A DNA stretch of 64,000 bases from the human T2T-CHM13v2.0 reference genome, Homo sapiens. The translations under genes were made by a program, and so were the position numbers. Numbering within the stretch: the first letter of the stretch is position 1; each line of letters opens with the position of its first letter. Shown here in pieces: positions 53,901 through 64,000 of the stretch. Location: assembly GCF_009914755.1 (NCBI RefSeq), contig NC_060948.1; one strand, written 5' to 3'. Under the pieces are notes generated by a model. That model did not search any database. It saw only the letters and a list, made by a program, of their open reading frames with translations, and was not told the origin of the DNA.

Positions 53901-56900
53901 GATGGAATGGAATGGAACAGAGAGCAATGGTATAGAATGGAATGGAATCATCTGGAATGGAATTGAATGGAATGGAATAATATGAAATGGAATGGAATGG
54001 AATGGAATGGAATGCCCTTGAATTAAATGGACTGGAATGGAATGGACTCGAACAGAGTGGAATGGAAAGTGTTGAGATAGAATGGAATGGACTCCTTTGG
54101 AATGGTCTAGTATGCAATGCAATCGACTGTCAGGGAATCAAAAGGAATGTAATCGAATGGATTGGACTGGAATGCAATGGACTCGAATAGATTGGAAACG
54201 GAATGCAAAGGAATGGAATGGAATAGTATGGAATGGAATGGAAAGGAATGGAGTGGAATAGACTAGAGTGGAATGGAATGGACTGGAAAGCAATGGACTG
54301 GAATGGAACTTTCTTGAATGGACTGGAATCAAACGGAATGGAATGCAATGCAATCAAATGGCATGGAATAAAATAGAATGAAAGAGAATCAAATGGAATT
54401 GAATCGAATGGAATCGAATGGATTGTAAAGGAATAGAATGGAATGGAATGGAATTGACTCAAATGGAATGGACTAGAATGGAATGGATTCGAATGGAAGG
54501 CAAAGGAATGGAATCTATTGGAATGGACTGTAATGGAATGGAATGGAAGGGATTGGAATGGACTCGAATGGAATGGACTGCAATAGAAAGGATTCGAATG
54601 GAATGAAAAAGAATTGAATGGAATAGAACAGAATGGAATCAAATCGAATGAAATGGAATGGAATAGAAAGGAATGGAATGAAATGGAATGGAAAGGATTC
54701 GAATGGAATGCAATCGAATGGAATGGAATCGAACGGAATGGAATAAAATGGAAGAAAACTGGCAAGAAATGGAATCGAAATGAATGGAGTGTTATGGAAC
54801 GGACTCAAAAGGAATTGAATGTAATAGAATGGAGTGGAGTGGACTCGAATATAATGGACTGGAATGGAATGAAATCACATGGAATGGGAACGAATGGAAT
54901 GGAATGGAAAGGAATGGAATCGAATGGAAAGGAATCGAATGGAAGGGAATGAAATTGAATCAACAGGAATGGAAGGGAATAGAATAGACGGTAATGGAAT
55001 GGACTCGAATAGAATGGACACGAATGCTCAAATTGAATGGATTCGAATGGAATGGAAACGAAAGGAATGTCATCGAATGGAATTGAATCGATTGGAATGA
55101 AATCGCATAGAATGGAGTGGAATCAAATGGAATTGAATCGAAAGGAAAGGAAGCGAATGGACTGAAATGAAATGGAATGGAATTGAATGGAAAGTAATGC
55201 AATGGAATAGAATGGAACGAAATTTCACGGAATGGAATCAAACTGAATGGAATCAAATCAATGGAATCTAATCAAATGGAATGGAAAGGAATTGAATGGA
55301 GTAGATTGGATTGGATGGGATTGGAATGAAATGTACTGGAAAGGACTCGAATTTCATGAAACGGAATGGAATGAATTGGAACGGAATGGACTCGAATGGA
55401 ATGGAATGTCATGGAATGGCATCGAATGGAATGGCATCAAATGGAATGGAATCGAATGCAATGGAATGTTATGGAATGGAATGGAATGCATTGGAATGGA
55501 ATGTCCTCTAATGGAATGGATTCGAGTGGAATGGAATCGAATATAATGGAGTCGAATGAAATGGAATTGAAAGGAATGGGATCGAATAGAATGGAATATA
55601 CTGGAATGTAATGTAATGAACACGAATGTAATTGACTGGAATGGAATGTACATGAATGGAAGGTAATCGAATGGAAAGTAATCCAATGGAATAGAATCTA
55701 ATGCAATAAAACCGAATCAGATAGAGTAGAATGTAATGGAATGGAGTGCAGTGCAATGGAATGGAATGGAATTGAATGCAATGGAATGGAATGGAATGGA
55801 ATGGAATGGAATGGAATGGAATGGTATGGAATGGATAGTAATGGACTGGAGTGAAATGGACTGGAAAGGAATGGACTCAAATTGAAAGGGCTCGAAAGGA
55901 ATGGAGTCAAATGGAATGGTCTGGAATGGAATGAACACGAATGTAATGCAATCCAATAGAATGGAATCGAATGGCATGGAATATAAAGAAATGGAATCGA
56001 AGAGAATGGAAACAAATGGAATGGAATTGAATGGAATGGAATTGAATGGAATGGGAACGAATGGAGTGAAATTGTATGCAGTAGAAGGGAATAGAATGGA
56101 ATGCAAGCGAAAGGAAAGGAATGGATTGGAATGGAATGGAATTCATTGGAATGGAAGGGAATGTAGTGTAATGGACAGGCCTGGAATAAAGTGGAATGCT
56201 ACGGTCTCGAATGGAATAAAAATGTATGGAATGGAATGCAATGAAACGGAATCGAATGTCATAGAATGTAATGGAATGCAACAAAATGGAATCCAAAATC
56301 ATTGACTGGAAAGGCTGGGTGTCGAAAGGAATTGACTCCAATGGAATGGAATCGAATGGAATGGAAGTGAATAGAATCGAACTAAATCGAATGGAATGGA
56401 ATTGATAGGAACGGAATGGAAAGGAATGCAATGATTTGGCATGGAATGGAATCGAATGGCATCGAATGGAATGGAATGGAATGCAATGGAATGGAATGTA
56501 TTAGAATGGAATGAACTTTAATGGAATGTACTCGAATGGATTCGACTGGAATGGAATGTTCTGGAAGTGAATGGACTCCAATGGAATGGATTCAAAAGGA
56601 ATGGAATCGTACGGAATGGAATCTAATGGAATGGAATTAAATGGAAATGAATCAAATTGAATAGCACGGAATTGAATTGAATGGAATGGAATGCAATGGA
56701 ATCTAATGAAACGGAAAGGAAAGGAATGGAATGGAATGGAATGGGCTGGAATGGAAAGGAATCGAAACGAATGGAATGGAATCGAAGTGAAGAGACTGGA
56801 ATGGAATGCACTGGAATGGAAGGGAGTGTAATGGAAGGTTCTCGAAAAAAATGGAATCGAATGGAATGGAATTGAATGGAACGGAATAGAGTCGAATGGA

Positions 56901-59900
56901 ATTGAATGGAATGGAATGGACTAGAGTGAAATGGAATCGAACCACAAGGAATGGACAGGAATAGAATGGTCTCGAATTGAATGGAATCGTATGGAATGGC
57001 ATCAAACGGAATGGAATGGACAGCCACGGAATGGAATGCACTCGAATGCAATGGAGTCGAAACTAATGGACTGGAATAGAATGGACTCGACTGGTACGGA
57101 CTCCAATGGAATGGAATCGAATGGAAGGGAATCGAACGGAATGGACTCGAAGGGAAAAGACTGCAATGGAAAGGTCTCGAATGGAATGGAAATTAATGGA
57201 ATGGAATGGAATCGAATGAAATGGAGTCAAAAGGAATGGAATCGAATGGCAAGAAATCGAATGTAATGGAATCGCAAGGAATTGATGTGAACGGAACGGA
57301 ATGGAATGGAATCCAAAGGAATGGAATAGAATGGAATGGAATCGAATGGAAAGGACTCGAATGGAAATCACTCGAATAGAATGCAATTTAATAAAATAGG
57401 ATCAAATGTAATGGAATGGAATGGAAAGGAATCGAAACGAAAGGAATGGAGACAGATGGAATGGAATGGAACAGAGAGCAATGGTATAGAATGGAATGGA
57501 ATCATCTGGAATGGAATTGAATGGAATGGAATAATATGAAATGGAATGGAATGGAATGGAATGGAATGCCCTTGAATTAAATGGACTGGAATGGAATGGA
57601 CTCGAACAGAGTGGAATGGAAAGTGTTGAGATAGAATGGAATGGACTCCTTTGGAATGGTCTAGTATGCAATGCAATCGACTGTCAGGGAATCAAAAGGA
57701 ATGTAATCGAATGGATTGGACTGGAATGCAATGGACTCGAATAGATTGGAAACGGAATGCAAAGGAATGGAATGGAATAGTATGGAATGGAATGGAAAGG
57801 AATGGAGTGGAATAGACTAGAGTGGAATGGAATGGACTGGAAAGCAATGGACTGGAATGGAACTTTCTTGAATGGACTGGAATCAAACGGAATGGAATGC
57901 AATGCAATCAAATGGCATGGAATAAAATAGAATGAAAGAGAATCAAATGGAATTGAATCGAATGGAATCGAATGGATTGTAAAGGAATAGAATGGAATGG
58001 AATGGAATTGACTCAAATGGAATGGACTAGAATGGAATGGATTCGAATGGAAGGCAAAGGAATGGAATCTATTGGAATGGACTGTAATGGAATGGAATGG
58101 AAGGGATTGGAATGGACTCGAATGGAATGGACTGCAATAGAAAGGATTCGAATGGAATGAAAAAGAATTGAATGGAATAGAACAGAATGGAATCAAATCG
58201 AATGAAATGGAATGGAATAGAAAGGAATGGAATGAAATGGAATGGAAAGGATTCGAATGGAATGCAATCGAATGGAATGGAATCGAACGGAATGGAATAA
58301 AATGGAAGAAAACTGGCAAGAAATGGAATCGAAATGAATGGAGTGTTATGGAACGGACTCAAAAGGAATTGAATGTAATAGAATGGAGTGGAGTGGACTC
58401 GAATATAATGGACTGGAATGGAATGAAATCACATGGAATGGGAACGAATGGAATGGAATGGAAAGGAATGGAATCGAATGGAAAGGAATCGAATGGAAGG
58501 GAATGAAATTGAATCAACAGGAATGGAAGGGAATAGAATAGACGGTAATGGAATGGACTCGAATAGAATGGACACGAATGCTCAAATTGAATGGATTCGA
58601 ATGGAATGGAAACGAAAGGAATGTCATCGAATGGAATTGAATCGATTGGAATGAAATCGCATAGAATGGAGTGGAATCAAATGGAATTGAATCGAAAGGA
58701 AAGGAAGCGAATGGACTGAAATGAAATGGAATGGAATTGAATGGAAAGTAATGCAATGGAATAGAATGGAACGAAATTTCACGGAATGGAATCAAACTGA
58801 ATGGAATCAAATCAATGGAATCTAATCAAATGGAATGGAAAGGAATTGAATGGAGTAGATTGGATTGGATGGGATTGGAATGAAATGTACTGGAAAGGAC
58901 TCGAATTTCATGAAACGGAATGGAATGAATTGGAACGGAATGGACTCGAATGGAATGGAATGTCATGGAATGGCATCGAATGGAATGGCATCAAATGGAA
59001 TGGAATCGAATGCAATGGAATGTTATGGAATGGAATGGAATGCATTGGAATGGAATGTCCTCTAATGGAATGGATTCGAGTGGAATGGAATCGAATATAA
59101 TGGAGTCGAATGAAATGGAATTGAAAGGAATGGGATCGAATAGAATGGAATATACTGGAATGTAATGTAATGAACACGAATGTAATTGACTGGAATGGAA
59201 TGTACATGAATGGAAGGTAATCGAATGGAAAGTAATCCAATGGAATAGAATCTAATGCAATAAAACCGAATCAGATAGAGTAGAATGTAATGGAATGGAG
59301 TGCAGTGCAATGGAATGGAATGGAATTGAATGCAATGGAATGGAATGGAATGGAATGGAATGGAATGGAATGGAATGGTATGGAATGGATAGTAATGGAC
59401 TGGAGTGAAATGGACTGGAAAGGAATGGACTCAAATTGAAAGGGCTCGAAAGGAATGGAGTCAAATGGAATGGTCTGGAATGGAATGAACACGAATGTAA
59501 TGCAATCCAATAGAATGGAATCGAATGGCATGGAATATAAAGAAATGGAATCGAAGAGAATGGAAACAAATGGAATGGAATTGAATGGAATGGAATTGAA
59601 TGGAATGGGAACGAATGGAGTGAAATTGTATGCAGTAGAAGGGAATAGAATGGAATGCAAGCGAAAGGAAAGGAATGGATTGGAATGGAATGGAATTCAT
59701 TGGAATGGAAGGGAATGTAGTGTAATGGACAGGCCTGGAATAAAGTGGAATGCTACGGTCTCGAATGGAATAAAAATGTATGGAATGGAATGCAATGAAA
59801 CGGAATCGAATGTCATAGAATGTAATGGAATGCAACAAAATGGAATCCAAAATCATTGACTGGAAAGGCTGGGTGTCGAAAGGAATTGACTCCAATGGAA

Positions 59901-62900
59901 TGGAATCGAATGGAATGGAAGTGAATAGAATCGAACTAAATCGAATGGAATGGAATTGATAGGAACGGAATGGAAAGGAATGCAATGATTTGGCATGGAA
60001 TGGAATCGAATGGCATCGAATGGAATGGAATGGAATGCAATGGAATGGAATGTATTAGAATGGAATGAACTTTAATGGAATGTACTCGAATGGATTCGAC
60101 TGGAATGGAATGTTCTGGAAGTGAATGGACTCCAATGGAATGGATTCAAAAGGAATGGAATCGTACGGAATGGAATCTAATGGAATGGAATTAAATGGAA
60201 ATGAATCAAATTGAATAGCACGGAATTGAATTGAATGGAATGGAATGCAATGGAATCTAATGAAACGGAAAGGAAAGGAATGGAATGGAATGGAATGGGC
60301 TGGAATGGAAAGGAATCGAAACGAATGGAATGGAATCGAACTGAAGAGACTGGAATGGAATGCACTGGAATGGAAGGGAGTGTAATGGAAGGTTCTCGAA
60401 AAAAATGGAATCGAATGGAATGGAATTGAATGGAACGGAATAGAGTCGAATGGAATTGAATGGAATGGAATGGACTAGAGTGAAATGGAATCGAACCACA
60501 AGGAATGGACAGGAATAGAATGGTCTCGAATTGAATGGAATCGTATGGAATGGCATCAAACGGAATGGAATGGACAGCCACGGAATGGAATGCACTCGAA
60601 TGCAATGGAGTCGAAACTAATGGACTGGAATAGAATGGACTCGACTGGTACGGACTCCAATGGAATGGAATCGAATGGAAGGGAATCGAACGGAATGGAC
60701 TCGAAGGGAAAAGACTGCAATGGAAAGGTCTCTAATGGAATGGAAATTAATGGAATGGAATGGAATCGAATGAAATGGAGTCAAAAGGAATGGAATCGAA
60801 TGGCAAGAAATCGAATGTAATGGAATCGCAAGGAATTGATGTGAACGGAACGGAATGGAATGGAATCCAAAGGAATGGAATAGAATGGAATGGAATCGAA
60901 TGGAAAGGACTCGAATGGAAATCACTCGAATAGAATGCAATTTAATAAAATAGGATCAAATGTAATGGAATGGAATGGAAAGGAATCGAAACGAAAGGAA
61001 TGGAGACAGATGGAATGGAATGGAACAGAGAGCAATGGTATAGAATGGAATGGAATCATCTGGAATGGAATTGAATGGAATGGAATAATATGAAATGGAA
61101 TGGAATGGAATGGAATGGAATGCCCTTGAATTAAATGGACTGGAATGGAATGGACTCGAACAGAGTGGAATGGAAAGTGTTGAGATAGAATGGAATGGAC
61201 TCCTTTGGAATGGTCTAGTATGCAATGCAATCGACTGTCAGGGAATCAAAAGGAATGTAATCGAATGGATTGGACTGGAATGCAATGGACTCGAATAGAT
61301 TGGAAACGGAATGCAAAGGAATGGAATGGAATAGTATGGAATGGAATGGAAAGGAATGGAGTGGAATAGACTAGAGTGGAATGGAATGGACTGGAAAGCA
61401 ATGGACTGGAATGGAACTTTCTTGAATGGACTGGAATCAAACGGAATGGAATGCAATGCAATCAAATGGCATGGAATAAAATAGAATGAAAGAGAATCAA
61501 ATGGAATTGAATCGAATGGAATCGAATGGATTGTAAAGGAATAGAATGGAATGGAATGGAATTGACTCAAATGGAATGGACTAGAATGGAATGGATTCGA
61601 ATGGAAGGCAAAGGAATGGAATCTATTGGAATGGACTGTAATGGAATGGAATGGAAGGGATTGGAATGGACTCGAATGGAATGGACTGCAATAGAAAGGA
61701 TTCGAATGGAATGAAAAAGAATTGAATGGAATAGAACAGAATGGAATCAAATCGAATGAAATGGAATGGAATAGAAAGGAATGGAATGAAATGGAATGGA
61801 AAGGATTCGAATGGAATGCAATCGAATGGAATGGAATCGAACGGAATGGAATAAAATGGAAGAAAACTGGCAAGAAATGGAATCGAAATGAATGGAGTGT
61901 TATGGAACGGACTCAAAAGGAATTGAATGTAATAGAATGGAGTGGAGTGGACTCGAATATAATGGACTGGAATGGAATGAAATCACATGGAATGGGAACG
62001 AATGGAATGGAATGGAAAGGAATGGAATCGAATGGAAAGGAATCGAATGGAAGGGAATGAAATTGAATCAACAGGAATGGAAGGGAATAGAATAGACGGT
62101 AATGGAATGGACTCGAATAGAATGGACACGAATGCTCAAATTGAATGGATTCGAATGGAATGGAAACGAAAGGAATGTCATCGAATGGAATTGAATCGAT
62201 TGGAATGAAATCGCATAGAATGGAGTGGAATCAAATGGAATTGAATCGAAAGGAAAGGAAGCGAATGGACTGAAATGAAATGGAATGGAATTGAATGGAA
62301 AGTAATGCAATGGAATAGAATGGAACGAAATTTCACGGAATGGAATCAAACTGAATGGAATCAAATCAATGGAATCTAATCAAATGGAATGGAAAGGAAT
62401 TGAATGGAGTAGATTGGATTGGATGGGATTGGAATGAAATGTACTGGAAAGGACTCGAATTTCATGAAACGGAATGGAATGAATTGGAACGGAATGGACT
62501 CGAATGGAATGGAATGTCATGGAATGGCATCGAATGGAATGGCATCAAATGGAATGGAATCGAATGCAATGGAATGTTATGGAATGGAATGGAATGCATT
62601 GGAATGGAATGTCCTCTAATGGAATGGATTCGAGTGGAATGGAATCGAATATAATGGAGTCGAATGAAATGGAATTGAAAGGAATGGGATCGAATAGAAT
62701 GGAATATACTGGAATGTAATGTAATGAACACGAATGTAATTGACTGGAATGGAATGTACATGAATGGAAGGTAATCGAATGGAAAGTAATCCAATGGAAT
62801 AGAATCTAATGCAATAAAACCGAATCAGATAGAGTAGAATGTAATGGAATGGAGTGCAGTGCAATGGAATGGAATGGAATTGAATGCAATGGAATGGAAT

Positions 62901-64000
62901 GGAATGGAATGGAATGGAATGGAATGGTATGGAAAGGATAGTAATGGACTGGAGTGAAATGGACTGGAAAGGAATGGACTCAAATTGAAAGGGCTCGAAA
63001 GGAATGGAGTCAAATGGAATGGTCTGGAATGGAATGAACACGAATGTAATGCAATCCAATAGAATGGAATCGAATGGCATGGAATATAAAGAAATGGAAT
63101 CGAAGAGAATGGAAACAAATGGAATGGAATTGAATGGAATGGAATTGAATGGAATGGGAACGAATGGAGTGAAATTGTATGCAGTAGAAGGGAATAGAAT
63201 GGAATGCAAGCGAAAGGAAAGGAATGGATTGGAATGGAATGGAATTCATTGGAATGGAAGGGAATGTAGTGTAATGGACAGGCCTGGAATAAAGTGGAAT
63301 GCTACGGTCTCGAATGGAATAAAAATGTATGGAATGGAATGCAATGAAACGGAATCGAATGTCATAGAATGTAATGGAATGCAAAAAAATGGAATCCAAA
63401 ATCATTGACTGGAAAGGCTGGGTGTCGAAAGGAATTGACTCCAATGGAATGGAATCGAATGGAATGGAAGTGAATAGAATCGAACTAAATCGAATGGAAT
63501 GGAATTGATAGGAACGGAATGGAAAGGAATGCAATGATTTGGCATGGAATGGAATCGAATGGCATCGAATGGAATGGAATGGAATGCAATGGAATGGAAT
63601 GTATTAGAATGTAATGAACTTTAATGGAATGTACTCGAATGGATTCGACTGGAATGGAATGTTCTGGAAGTGAATGGACTCCAATGGAATGGATTCAAAA
63701 GGAATGGAATCGTACGGAATGGAATCTAATGGAATGGAATTAAATGGAAATGAATCAAATTGAATAGCACGGAATTGAATTGAATGGAATGGAATGCAAT
63801 GGAATCTAATGAAACGGAAAGGAAAGGAATGGAATGGAATGGAATGGGCTGGAATGGAAAGGAATCGAAACGAATGGAATGGAATCGAACTGAAGAGACT
63901 GGAATGGAATGCACTGGAATGGAAGGGAGTGTAATGGAAGGTTCTCGAAAAAAATGGAATCGAATGGAATGGAATTGAATGGAACGGAATAGAGTCGAAT
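50961..64000 (+). repeat. Super-unit copy 2: four DYZ1 units A-B-C-D (runs off the window end)
   Basis: A markers at ~51465, ~52275 and ~53290; B at ~56785; C at ~60730; D at ~62930, ~63380 and ~63610. Offsets to copy 1 are 17765 (A, B) and 14211 (D). Confidence 0.8.

Larger units (their letters stand above)
1..64000 (+). repeat. DYZ1: Human satellite 3 (HSat3) array, DYZ1 type (Yq12 heterochromatin); degenerate (GGAAT)n with a ~3.55 kb unit, about 18 copies
   Basis: Continuous GGAAT pentamers in one orientation. The landmark GACAGGCCTGGAATAAAGTGG has its GGCC at 1877, (5426 mutated), 8980, 12549, 16098, 17108, 20657, 24211, 27755, 31305, 34859, 38413, 41967, 45521, 49070, 52624, 56178, 59732 and 63281. 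Spacings are 3544-3569 bp except one of 1010 bp. The reverse complement from the HaeIII site (CCTGTCCATTACACTACATTCCCTTCCATTCCAATGAATTCC) matches the start of the classical DYZ1 HaeIII unit as I recall it. Confidence 0.96.

Noticed and set aside
1-64000. CRISPR-like or repeat-spacer interpretation of conserved pentamers with variable inserts
   Set aside because: The variable pentamers recur identically every 3.55 kb. There are no unique spacers and no associated genes.
1-64000. Alu/L1 insertion, DYZ2 (HSat1B) block or strand inversion
   Set aside because: No interruption of the pentamer pattern and no ATTCC-oriented segment on the + strand was seen.
1-64000. Assignment to HSat2 or to chromosome 9/acrocentric HSat3
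   Set aside because: It lacks the HSat2 CATTCGATTC/GATGAT-type organisation, and the ~3.55 kb HaeIII/EcoRI period and landmark sequence fit DYZ1.

Overview
The whole 64 kb window is one uninterrupted human satellite 3 array, with (GGAAT)n on the + strand. It is organised as about 18 head-to-tail copies of a ~3.55 kb unit whose landmarks (one HaeIII/StuI site and one EcoRI site per unit) match my recollection of the Yq12 DYZ1 repeat. I see no credible genes, RNA genes, transposons, inversions or DYZ2/Alu blocks, and all listed ORFs are translations of the pentamer. The interesting content is structural and regulatory. (1) Each unit has three perfect heat-shock elements, formed by single nTTCn pentamers placed in register. 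(2) A recent 4,559 bp out-of-register tandem duplication with a 20 bp microhomology junction creates a 1,010 bp truncated unit. (3) Units switch from a heterogeneous left family to a homogeneous right family at about 22 kb. (4) A nascent higher-order repeat of units (A-B-C-C-D / A-B-C-D) occupies the right half. (5) Four fixed pentamer phase breaks cluster in about 1.1 kb of each unit. I found no new protein-coding system. All positions and variants were read by eye and need confirming by alignment.
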